DNA of 62,661 nucleotides, the filler included, from Gonapodya sp. JEL0774 (lineage: Eukaryota): the NCBI GenBank assembly GCA_027604505.1. It is 38 parts of 38 records of this genome, joined end to end, with 100 filler letters (N's around TTAATTAATTAA, not from the genome) between each part and the next. Parts side by side here need not be neighbours in the genome. Positions count along the whole stretch, not along the records: positions 24,869 to 26,422 come from JADIIX010002963.1; positions 26,523 to 28,075 come from JADIIX010002964.1; positions 28,176 to 29,727 come from JADIIX010002965.1; positions 29,828 to 31,378 come from JADIIX010002966.1; positions 31,479 to 33,029 come from JADIIX010002967.1; positions 33,130 to 34,680 come from JADIIX010002968.1; positions 34,781 to 36,331 come from JADIIX010002969.1; 31 more parts are not named here. The stretch is one strand, 5' to 3'. Positions 25,127 to 36,431 of this stretch are shown here, piece by piece (the first letter of the stretch is position 1; every line of letters begins with the position of its first letter). A program made the translations under genes and the position numbers. The notes beneath the pieces were generated by a model that made no database searches, had not been told where the DNA came from, and saw nothing but the letters and a program-made list of their open reading frames with translations.

Positions 25127-26522
25127 TTTATGTCCACGACAGATCCACTGATTATTTCGTTGCGTGCTTCATAAAACCACACGATGGTTTCGCTCTCTGT
25201 ATATTTGGGGCGAATCTGGAGGAGATGTGTGTGACAGTGGAGTAGCAATGGACGGGAGCGGATTAGTCACAGTGATCTTGTGTGTCGCAGTAATGAAGCG
25301 GCCTCTAAACTGGTCGTGGATTACACAGGTTAGACGACGACCAATTGAAGGGATGAAGTAAGTGTGAAGGCTCCACAGTGCCACATTCAGCTTTTTTGCT
25401 CTTGATATTATGACGGGAGCCATGGTGCATATGCAAATTACATTGCAATTGGGTATCGCGTTTCGCGGTCAAGTCTACACAGGGGGTAAATTACTATGCC
25501 TTGCGAGCGTTCCTTGCCTGTTTACTCGCACTCGCTGGCCTACTCGAACCACCAGCAGATGGTTGCTGCCTCATGGAGGCGGTTCCGCTTCCCATCGAGT
25601 TCCCAGAGATACTCGCTGGTTCAAACAAGACTCTGAGATCTACAACATCGCTGAAGTCGTTCCATCCTCTAGGAGGTGACGCAATGTATTTGCGGACGGG
25701 GGGCTTGGGTGTAGCGGCAGGGGCGGAAGTGATCCTGCGTTGAGTACGACCCTCCAAAGAGCGAGGTCCCACAGGACGTGTTACGCGATTCATCTCGTTC
25801 ATCACAGCGACAATGACTCCCACGCCAGAAACCACCACCTCGGCGAATGCAGCCATTTGACGTTCGACACGGATGACACGACGGCGGAGGTCTGCGACTT
25901 GGGTTCGAAGGGCGGCGGTTTCAGAGGACGAAGTGTTGGACTAATGAGTATTGGTGGGGTCGACACGGTGGATCAAATCGATGGCCGGATCTCGGATTTC
26001 CACAGATGGATGGATCACAGCGCTCCACATGGTACTCACGGTCCTTCCTGCACCATGCTTCCGCACAGTCCTCATGGCTGTACGTGTAAGAGATTGAACG
26101 GGTCTTGGAACCCCCATGAACATTCGCATCCTCTCTGTTTCAGAGGCGGACGCCCAGGCGCGGGCTTGATCGGTGAGAGTAATGCGTTTTGCAGTCTTCT
26201 TGGGTTGCCACTTGCGCTGCGATTCAAAAGAAGATCACGAGAACCAATTAAACGATGAAAGATTGAGTTTCATGAACATTTCAAAATCGTACCATTTGTT
26301 TCTTGATCCATAGCGAGTACGATCCGACTACGAGCCCACGCTCCTTCCCTGTCCTGGCCTTTTGGTACACTTTGACGGCCGTGCTGGTGCGAGATGCTTG
26401 CTTGATTTGCACAGGAGAACTCNNNNNNNNNNNNNNNNNNNNNNNNNNNNNNNNNNNNNNNNNNNNTTAATTAATTAANNNNNNNNNNNNNNNNNNNNNN
26501 NNNNNNNNNNNNNNNNNNNNNN

Positions 26523-28075
26523 AAGCAGTCCTCGAGCTCAGCCTGCGGCACAGCAGACGAAACTCTCCTTTGGAATACGATTATCGAAATCTCAACAATC
26601 GGCAAAGGATCACCCTCAGCGCTCGATACTAGCGGACGGTCCTGTTGGAAACGGTGTTTTCTCCAACGGGAGCACAAACACGTCAAATCCAGATCCCATT
26701 CCACCTCCGCCATCATCTTCACTCTCCCCGAGATCGCCATCAAGATTTCAGCAGCGTGCGGGTGACTCAGCAGGTAGGATTCGGATCGTCAAAGAACGAC
26801 ACGAACTGCCACCACCTCCCAGCGCCAGCCGCCAACGCTACGAACCCCCAAAACCCACAAAATTGGTAGAAGAGGATTCAGACGACTTTATCAGACTTCC
26901 TGCCGATGACAACGCTGGGGAAATCATTGACCCAAACCCCACCAGGGCGCAAACCTACGAAGGCCGAAACTCGAACACCCGCGGTGGCCCTTCGGGAGGT
27001 CACAGGCCAATATGGACACCCAACACAGAACCTGGGTACTCGCTCGAGTACCCTGGCAGGCCAGGGTCGGCACCTATTCCTGGAAAAGACCACCGTACGA
27101 CACTCAACATGAATCCTCTTCTGCAGTTGCCAGTGCCGCCATGGGTTCCGGATGGCAGAATCTATGACGATGATCCCACTAAAATGTACGCTCGCTGGGC
27201 CTTGTTGCGTTTTCTTGTACCTGTCGCCCACCTTTTCTAGACCTTGATTTCATCTTAACACCAACACAGGCTCAACCAAGAGATCGCGGACTACATCGAC
27301 TACATCCTACCTACCCCCTCCGAGCGAAGACTTCGCTTGATAGCAGTGAGGCGATGCCGTGACCTTGTTAGGTCCATATGGCCCGACGCGGACCTTGCGG
27401 TGTTTGGATCTTTCGAAACGGGGATCTACTTGCCAAGTTCGGATTTGGACTTGGTGGCCGTATCGCCGAGTCTCATTATACCACAATGTTTAAGACAGTT
27501 TGCCGAAAAGTTGCAGATATCGGGGATAGGGAAGGGTATTGAGAAAATCGAGAACGCAAGGGTGAGTGATCAATTTGCGGATCGTCAGACGGTACGAGCT
27601 TTTGTGACATTACAGTGGTCTACAATTATAGGTGCCGATAGTCAAGTACAAGGATTCTCTGACGGGCATACCAGTAGACGTTTCATTCAACCAACTCTCT
27701 GGTATTACTACTGCCCGCATTGTGAAATCCTTTGTGAATGATCCGAAATCCGGACCGGCTGTTAAACCTTTGGTTCTACTGGTGAAGCAATTTCTTCAAC
27801 AGCGGGGATTGAATGAAGTCTATTCCGGTGGCCTGGGCTCATACGCGGTGACCGTCCTGGTGGTAGGATTTCTTCGCATGCACCCGTACGTGAGGTCGGG
27901 AGCGATTAAACCAGAAGAAAATCTAGGTGTACTTCTCTTGGATTTCCTCGAGCTTTTGGGACGGAGCGTGGACTATGATCAGGTTGCGATTATGGTCTCG
28001 CAGGACGGTGAGGCATTCTTCATTTCTAAAGCTCGTATGGGTGGGATATTTGACAGGGGCAGTCACCGAGGCGGT
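26523..28075 (+). CDS. TRF4: Non-canonical poly(A) polymerase Trf4/Trf5/Cid14, partial
   Basis: LNQEIADYIDYILPTPSE, VFGSFETGIYLPSSDLDLV, NARVPIVKY..VDVSFN, LVKQFLQQRGLNEVYSGGLGSY, ENLGVLLLDFLEL. Confidence 0.93.
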
Positions 28076-28281
28076 NNNNNNNNNNNNNNNNNNNNNNNNN
28101 NNNNNNNNNNNNNNNNNNNTTAATTAATTAANNNNNNNNNNNNNNNNNNNNNNNNNNNNNNNNNNNNNNNNNNNNATCGAGTGGTAGAAGCGAGCTTTCG
28201 GACCAAGCTACATCCATAAGGTGACAAACTCAGGTTGAGCATGCTCTGTGGTTACGGGTGAATGGATCAATACCATGGGGA

Positions 28282-29542
28282 TCAACTCACGACCTTGTTT
28301 CGACCGATCCAATCCCCCCGTTCGTACTCCGATCGCCGTTCACCGTCGGTCCATCCCCTATTTTCATTCACCGCGTGCGCTGCAAGCTCCTCGTTCGCCT
28401 CACCGTCGCGCACTTTCCTTTTGGACTTTGTCCCTGGGAGGTCCTCTGTCACTCGCTCATCATGGGAGCTGTCCCTATCCTGATTTTCATTATCGGTTTT
28501 ACCCGCGCTAGGATGCTCTTCCACGATTGGTGGTACTGTCTCCGTAATAAATAACCCCAGACCTGTACTTCTCGCTTTTGGCTTGGCTGTTTCCCCCGAT
28601 ATGCTGAGCTCCTGCCCGGTAGTTTCGCTACTTACTGGGCCGGTGGTTTCACCATCGCCCAGCAGCGTCGCACTCGAGGTACCGGCGGAACCGCGTGAGG
28701 TGTCGAGTGCAGCGGTTCGCGCGCGGCGGAGGGAGTCTGCAATCTGCGCGATGGCGACGTAGTACAGGTTTAATCCGCGGCACATATTCACACTGTACCG
28801 ATGGACATGCCTTGATCTTCTCCTCGATCAGCTTATCCATATCATCTATGCGGCGCATTTCGGCAGCGACGTCGAGTGCGGTGGACTCGTGCTTGTTTGT
28901 ATCCACAGAAGGTGCATCGGACTCTGAAACAGCGCCTGTGTCCAAACGCGACTCTGCGGCCAGTTCGATTCGTTTTCGAAGTTGAGAGAGGTAGGATTCG
29001 AGAAAGCCCTGATGTTTTGTGAATGGTAAAAGTTGACTGCGACTGGCGGTATGTTTGAGGCCTCTCACGTTCGCCATTTCCATATCCTCCTCTCTCGGCT
29101 CATTATCAAATTCGTCTTCGATTTGATTCGCTTCCATTCCCATGTTCCGGTCCTCATACGGCGAGTACTCGTCCGCGGACTCGCAGCGGGACTCCTCATC
29201 TTCGGCGTCCTTGCTCGATTCTTGTTTCCATTGCATACCAGAAGACGTGAAAATTTTCACTGCATCAGCGCGATTTCCAGGTTCTAATTCCGTTGGTGCG
29301 TTGTCTCGGCGGTCTGATCGTGGTCCTTTCACCTTCACTTTTGTTCTTTCCCTCGGGACCACCGTCGCGTCTGACATCGCGCTGAGTGACCTCATTTCAT
29401 GTCGTGATTCATTTACCTCTCTTGAATCTGTTTCGGCGTTCATATGGGGTAACGAGGGAATACTTGGGTTTGACGTAGCGAGACGCGACCTTGTGGTGGA
29501 CGGTGAATTGGACCTGGATGGGACAGATTCTGGCCGTTTCAT
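28282..29542 (-). CDS. Hypothetical low-complexity protein
   Basis: Two long overlapping minus-strand ORFs (297 and 169 aa), charged and Ser-rich; no family recognised. Confidence 0.35.
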
Positions 29543-29827
29543 GGACAGTCAAAGGGATGGAGAAGGCTCAAGCGTGAGGAAGTGCGGCTGTGCGAGTACA
29601 AGACAACAGAGTGGACAAACGAATGACTTTGATAAGGGGAAGAGTAAAACCAACCAATTTTGCAGAGCGTGAAAAGTCGTTTGCGCACTGATCACAAGAG
29701 ACGGACCGCTGCCGAATGATTCGGGACNNNNNNNNNNNNNNNNNNNNNNNNNNNNNNNNNNNNNNNNNNNNTTAATTAATTAANNNNNNNNNNNNNNNNN
29801 NNNNNNNNNNNNNNNNNNNNNNNNNNN

Positions 29828-30859
29828 CTCAGAATTGTCCATGATCCATTGCCTCGACGGATAGACTACTTTTAGTGTCACGTAAAGTGATCCTTTTGAT
29901 GTCGTATTCTCTTGACTTGGCAGTCCGAGCTCCGGTAATCGAACTGTCATCCTGTCACGAACAGGACAGCAGTCTTGCGGAAAAACAAACCCCCGGAAAG
30001 TGCCGTCAATGTGTTGAAACTCCACTCGCCCACCAACTAATGAAGTTAGCAAATCAACTTCAACTATCCGCTCCAAATCCGTGCCATTACCCCGCCGCGA
30101 ATAAATCTCATGGGGTTGGGCGTTCACGAACACTGTTATACTCTGACCCGAAGGACCCCATTGTGCGTGAGTGAAAGAAGCTCCGGGAAGGGAGCCCCTA
30201 TGCACTGAAATGTCGAACTCTGTCTTGACTTCACAAACACGGGCCCCTTTACATGCTTCACAAGACTGTTCAGCGGGAATGTGTATTCCAGTACCAGTAC
30301 ATTTGGAGCACGTGGTGCTGGAAGACATCGTCATAAACCCAATCTGCTGTGTGACAGTAATTGCCCCCGACCCTCCGCAATCACTGCATGCAGGGGATGC
30401 TCCTGGCTGACGACAACCAGATCCACGACAACTGTCGCATAACCGCTTCAAAGGTGCACATATGTGTATGGTCGCGCCGGTCATAAACGTCTCGAGCGGG
30501 ACCTCCACCTGATGGGTGATGTTCTCAAAGGTGGGAGCCGACGGTTCTGTGCGCACCGGATTGCGTTGTGACGTACTCGGAAACCCAGGCACGTTTCCTC
30601 CAAAGAACTGTGTGAACAGTGCATTGGCATCCATGAAGGACTGAGGTATTTGAGACTGAGGAGCATCATACTGAGCTCTTCGTTGAGGGTCTTTCAGTAC
30701 TTCATATGCATTCGCAAGCTCTTTGAATAGTGAAGCGGCATCCTCGTTGCCAATGTTCTTGTCTGGATGCAGTTCCAGGGCGCGCTTGCGGTATGCACGT
30801 TTAATGTCTTCTTGCGAGGCAGTTTTGGGAACGCCAAGGATTTCATAGAAATCGCGCAT
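29828..30859 (-). CDS. Type I DnaJ/Hsp40, intronless, divergent (possibly viral); 3' truncated
   Basis: MRDFYEILGV...YRKRALELHPDKN J-domain; four CxxCxGx motifs; DnaJ_C (DLERIVEVDLLTSLVGG, LGLP...GSLYVTLKVVYP); likely start ATG at 30859. Confidence 0.92.
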
Positions 30860-30923
30860 GTATCTGATGCTATATAAAAAACATGTATTACATAAATAAA
30901 ATGTAGTGAGCAAGGTGTAAAAC
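30860..30923. promoter_or_regulatory. 64-bp AT-rich bidirectional intergenic region
   Basis: Lies between divergent ATGs at 30859 and 30924; contains TATATAAAAA and TAAATAAAATG. Confidence 0.45.
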
Positions 30924-31378
30924 ATGATTGCTATGACAGATCTGGAGCGCCGATCGGCGGCTGCGCATATAAACAGTGGGTTCTTTAGGAATGATGATAA
31001 CGGTCCGAGAGTGGCTCTCGGTCACGCTGGAGCTGGTGTCGCTTCTGAACTTACTTCATATCACACCGACATCGAGGTTTACGATAGTTCGACTGGCCTT
31101 CCCAGAGAACTGGAACCACCAATTTTGCAAGATAATACCTCGGATTGGACACAGGAAGAATGGTTGGCACCTGGTATAAGCCGCATGACAGGTTTGCCCA
31201 TGGAAACAACGCACACGAATATGCAGCCGTTCTACAGAGGAGCCGATCCACCTGGCATGAGGAACACTGACGCATTCGAACGTAAACTTGCGCTCTTTAC
31301 CGGTGAAGGGCTGGGGTTCAGTGGTGTTCGAATGCCTTTAGAAAACAGCGAGAATGATCTTGTAGGTGATCGTGTGAT
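30924..31378 (+). CDS. Hypothetical protein resembling a conserved NCLDV family (HxNMxPF motif); 3' truncated
   Basis: SRMTGLP...HTNMQPFY...RKLALFTG resembles the SLTG..HNNMxPFF..LxxxTG pattern I recall from phycodna/mimivirus-like hypothetical proteins (recall, not a search). Confidence 0.6.
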
Positions 31379-31500
31379 NNNNNNNNNNNNNNNNNNNNNN
31401 NNNNNNNNNNNNNNNNNNNNNNTTAATTAATTAANNNNNNNNNNNNNNNNNNNNNNNNNNNNNNNNNNNNNNNNNNNNATTCATACTCAATACAAATCCA

Positions 31501-32052
31501 ATGTCTTCCACACCAGTCGAAATTTCCAACCAAACCAACATTAAGAACGAGACTCCAGAAGAGGTAGCTGCTGCTACTCAGAAGTCCACTCCGAATGTCA
31601 GTGATAGCGTGGATGCACTAATTTCCCATCACAAGGAAGAAATCGTGAAGCTTCGCGAGGCTATCGTGACACTCAAACAGATCAAGAAGGTGCACCGAGC
31701 GGAGGTTGCTGAGGGCGGTAAGAAGAAAAAGAAGATCCAGAAGGTGACATCGGGACCACGGTCGCCGTCGGGTATTACGAAAAAAGGTCCCATATCCGAA
31801 GAACTCTGTCGCTTCCTTGGTGTTGAAGCGGGGACTGAGCTTGCTCGAACTGAAGTCACAAAGAAAATCATTGTGTATATTAAGGAGAACGGTCTCCAGG
31901 ACCCGGGTAAGAAACAGTATGTTGTACCTGATGTGACATTGTCGCAGTTGTTGGATGTTCGCACAGGCCAACTTGTCCATTTCTTCGGTTTGCAAAAGTA
32001 TCTTTCCAAACACTTCCTGAAAGCAAGTACCGTAGAGACTGTTTCGGTGTAA
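31501..32052 (+). CDS. Stand-alone SWIB/MDM2-domain protein of giant-virus type
   Basis: Short coiled coil, KKKKK, then PSGITKKGPISEELCRFLG..GTELARTEVTKKIIVYIKENGLQDP...PDVTLSQLL...FFGLQKYLSKHF; intronless, 183 aa. Confidence 0.9.
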   Translation: MSSTPVEISNQTNIKNETPEEVAAATQKSTPNVSDSVDALISHHKEEIVKLREAIVTLKQIKKVHRAEVAEGGKKKKKIQKVTSGPRSPSGITKKGPISEELCRFLGVEAGTELARTEVTKKIIVYIKENGLQDPGKKQYVVPDVTLSQLLDVRTGQLVHFFGLQKYLSKHFLKASTVETVSV

Positions 32053-32151
32053 GGCACATACAACAATCATGAGTGTTTAGCAGAATCCCATGTGGTATGT
32101 TGGATTCAGAGACTCTAATCGAATCCACAAAAGAGTTTTCGAAAAGAACAT

Positions 32152-32963
32152 GAATCACTGATCCCATCCCAATTCTGAATTCCATTTCAGATTCTCCAAT
32201 CACATCCCAATCCCCATCCCGGATGTCTTTTCGAAAAGTTTCAGATTCTACAATCACATCCCAATCCCAATCCCAGATGTGTTTTCGAACAGTTTCAGAT
32301 TCTCCAATCACATCCCCATCCCCATCCCAATCCTGAATTCCACTTTTCGAAAAGTTTCAGAATCACATCCCAATCCCCATCCCAATCCTGAATTCCATTT
32401 TTCGAAAAGTTTCAGAATCACATCCCCATCCCAATCCCGAATTCCATTTTTTGAAAAGTTTCAGAATCTCAAATCACATCCCCATCCCCATCCCAATCCT
32501 GAATTCCACTTTTCGAAAAGTTTCAGAATCACATCCCTATCCCCATCCCAATCCTGAATTCCATTTATCGAAAAGTTTCAGAATCTCCAATCACATCCCC
32601 ATCCCCATCCCAATCCTGAATTCCATTTTTCGAAAAGTTTCAGATTCTCAAATCACATCCCCATCCCCATCCCAATCCTGAATTCCACTTTTCGAAAAGG
32701 TTCAGAATCACATCCCAATCCCCATCCCAATCCTGAATTCCATTTTCGAAAAGTTTCAGATTCTCCAATCACATCCCAATCCCCATCCCAATCCTGAATT
32801 CCATTTTCGAAAAGGTTCAGAATCACATCCCAATCCCCATCCCAATCCTGAATTCCATTTTCGAAAAGTTTCAGAATCACATCCCAATCCCCATCCCAAT
32901 CCTGAATTCCATTTTTCGAAAAGTTTCAGAATCTCAAATCACATCCCAATCCCAATCCCCAAT
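32152..32963. repeat. Tandem array of about 13-14 units (50-62 bp), each with an imperfect palindrome
   Basis: Consensus AATCACATCCCAATCCCCATCCCAATCCTGAATTCCATTTTCGAAAAGTTTCAG, optionally followed by AATCTCC; about 13 TTTTCGAAAA-type cores counted by eye. Confidence 0.95.
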
Positions 32964-34780
32964 GCAAAGTTGCGATGCGAAACGGGAACGATGCTGTAAA
33001 TTGCTTGAACAAACACTCAGACAAGCGACNNNNNNNNNNNNNNNNNNNNNNNNNNNNNNNNNNNNNNNNNNNNTTAATTAATTAANNNNNNNNNNNNNNN
33101 NNNNNNNNNNNNNNNNNNNNNNNNNNNNNACGGAAGGTCGAAATAACCCTGTATGTAGACGCTCTTATAATGGATATGACCATTATGATCGCTTCGGAAG
33201 CGTTTCGTGCAACATCTCACCGCTCCGGAACTTTGAGTATGACCCGTGGATAAATGAAATAACCGGAACATTGCATATGACCCCGCACCACCCGCATGTA
33301 TCATTCACTGAGGCAATAGCGCGATCATTCTCTAGTGAATAGTTTCACTGTGCCATCGTAACCTCAAAATGTTTTCGTCAATTAGCATTAGCCCCGCCAG
33401 ACCTTCGGTACCTGCAGGTGGCAATACAACAGGTGGCGGCGCAACGGAAGCATATGATTTTGTACCCACCAAAGTGGTGCAGAGGATCTGTGCATATCAC
33501 AATCTGTTTGATTTGTTACCCTTGGGAATCGATGGGTTTGTAGAAAGGGGGGTCCCTGCACAAGAGAGGACTCGGAAAGGACTCCTTGCGAGAGTGAGGA
33601 GTAAAGAATCCGACTCGCACGAGACGCGAATGTGCCAACACGGAATGGTAATTCATCAAAAGTGCAAAACTACAGCACCCAGTATTCCCAGCTGATCTCT
33701 CACGCTAGTACTGACTAGGCTGTCACGGGCTTCGCTGCGCTGATCGGACGGGAAGCGGCACTTTTCCGTGCATATGGCCGTAGTTAGAGGAGTTTGATTA
33801 AACACATATAGATTGATATTAATATTAAAATTGGGGGCAACCCTCATTCTCAAATTTCTCTTTTGCGTATACGAGTCACCTCCATACATCAAGGGGCAGG
33901 GTTCCCTTGAGCGAAAGAGAGTGAATACCCGCATGTGCCGTAATATACAATTACGTGCCGCAACGATTACTCTATGACTTCCCCTGGTAACACAGCTTGT
34001 TTGCTATTGAATCAGCTCTACCTCTTGATAAAACATCTCCCTCAACACCAATATGTTAGCCTTTGTTTGAACCACCAATAAAAGTTATCATCGAGTATAT
34101 TGGAAGCAGGAGTGCAGGGAAAGTGAAAACCTCTGCCCTTCTCATCATCTACAAAGGAGTCATTCCAGACGAATGGGCGCATAAGTCACAGGTATATGTT
34201 GGGTGCCTTGTTCAGCCTTTGCCACGTGATTTCAGATTCCGCGGATATTGCAAAATCTACCTCCGAACCGCAGAAACTAGTCTCCATGCATGCATATGAA
34301 GAGTACGGCCCGCCCACCCGCGCATGGACTTTTCATGCAATTGAGTGATTACGCGACGAGAAAAGAAGGTTTCAGAGTCGTGCAAAGGGATATTCCGGGG
34401 CCCGCAGCGAGGCAACTCTGTATCAGGGCTGGTGAAAGTCAAAATCCGTCTCAATCCAAACCTTCGCAACGTATCAGTCTTGCCAGCGTTCCTCCCTCCT
34501 ACGCGAAAGTAGCCAGCTCGGCCGTTCTACTGTTCGCCTTCTCAGTGGTTGACTCCGAAGGATTGGGTCTGGCTATCTCCCCCCCTTGGTCTTGACCCTT
34601 TCGTTTCGAGGCTTGGGCCGGCTTCCTTCAGCGTCTCCCTGAAGCTGCGTTCGAAAATTCATCGGATGTGCTACACGATGNNNNNNNNNNNNNNNNNNNN
34701 NNNNNNNNNNNNNNNNNNNNNNNNTTAATTAATTAANNNNNNNNNNNNNNNNNNNNNNNNNNNNNNNNNNNNNNNNNNNN

Positions 34781-35472
34781 TCCACCGCACGTTCCGCATC
34801 TGCTAACACTTCTCGGAACCCAGCGAGGTATTGGGCATGTCCAGCGTTTTTGGTGGCAAGATATGTGGTAACCGCTGTAACAAGCGTTCCGGCGACACCG
34901 AGTGCAATGGGCAAGAGAATATGCGTGAGGTCATTGGTCGGTTTAGATTCTTCTTGTTCCTTCTTCTCCTCTGTCGAGTCCTTCGTCCCAGAACGGGTCT
35001 TTCTCGTGCGCTCTTCTTCTTCCTGCTCTCGTTTTCTGATCTCGTCCCTCCTCCTACGATCCTTTTCTTCCTCCCTCCTCAGCTCATCCAAGTAGCCTTC
35101 CTCTGATCTCCCTGCAGCTTGTCGGAACGCCCCCTTAGCATATCCCTCAGCTGCTCCTCGAGCGACTGGTGAGAGAAATTCTCCGGCTTTCCAAGCCCAA
35201 CTAGCCGCGGAGCTACCGGCGCTTGCACCAGTGGTTGCATCATTTCCTTGGGAATTTGATGAGGTGGGTGGAGACGAAGTCGGGCGAGGAAGGGCACTCC
35301 TAGCTTTTAAAATCGTAGAGGACCGTTTACTCTCCGGAAGGTGCGCGTCCGCGACTCGTGGTGACAAGTCAATCAAACTCTGTATAGCAGGGGTAAAGAA
35401 GCCCCTTGTAAACCGTATGATACGGTACGATGCGGTTTTGATGGCCGAAGAGTTGAGTTGAACTCCTTTCAA
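34781..35472 (-). CDS. Hypothetical protein with charged coiled coil and one TM segment
   Basis: Long ORF open to contig edge; EEEKDRRRRDE stretch followed by ILLPIALGVAGTLVTAVTTYL. Confidence 0.45.
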
Positions 35473-36431
35473 ACCAAGGATATTTGGAGCAAAGAGGGAA
35501 CTTACTTGCTCGAGTATATTTCTTCAGGAAACTCTATATTCCCAAATAGTATTGACATTTATTTCCTTGTGTTCGGACACTCTGGTAAAGTTGTGGAGTT
35601 TGATTTTATGCATGCCCCTCCGTCTTGCGTACGTTGCCTTGTGACATATGCATCTCGGGCTGTAACTTTCTTTAGCCGCACCGAATCAAAAGTTCTTCTC
35701 AACAGAAGTACTCTCAGAGCGAGCTTTCTCCATGATCATATCTTGAATGTTCAAATGGTTCTGATGCGGGATAAGGTGCAAGACACAAACGTTCAAGAGT
35801 CTTGCGCATAATACTAGTAAAGTATCCGAAAGTTGACAACGCAACAGGTAAAAATCATAATAGAAAATCCTATTGATGTTGATACGGAATGACAAGACAT
35901 CTAATGCGGTTTACATCACTCCACATGGCACTCAAGCAATGGGTGTACTTGATGATCATCACTTGGGAGATGCATCTGCCTCCGCCTGAAGTTTCTTGTG
36001 AACCTCGGCCATTCTTGTGTCCACCTCTTCAGCTTTTGCGGCGCACTTCGAGACGTAATGTAGCAAGTACGGTGCAGGGAGCATCCTTGCCGTCACAACA
36101 ATATATTCAGCCACGCTGCTCAACTGTGCTGTATCGCAAAAATTGTGATACTCACAAATGGGACTGGAAATCATCAGGAATGTGCTCTTCCAAAAGCAGT
36201 GCCCGTGCCATGTGCACTGGGATCTCACCTAATGGAAAATTGAAGGTGGTCAAAGGCGACACACGTCTTAATGTGCATGAAACTTACCGCTGTACCCGAA
36301 CACAGCCAGCACGAATGCCATCTCACCACTTNNNNNNNNNNNNNNNNNNNNNNNNNNNNNNNNNNNNNNNNNNNNTTAATTAATTAANNNNNNNNNNNNN
36401 NNNNNNNNNNNNNNNNNNNNNNNNNNNNNNN

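Noticed and set aside
32279..32880. Short ORFs with HPNPHPNPEF / DWDGDWDV repeats
   Set aside because: By-products of the DNA repeat; unit lengths vary by non-multiples of three, so no frame is maintained
32152..32963. CRISPR array or telomere
   Set aside because: No unique spacers (the whole unit repeats) and no cas genes; CCCAAT/CCCCAT is not CCCTAA and unique sequence follows the array
29828..33029. DnaJ contig and SWIB contig as one contiguous viral region
   Set aside because: A linker separates them and contig order follows length; linkage is not shown
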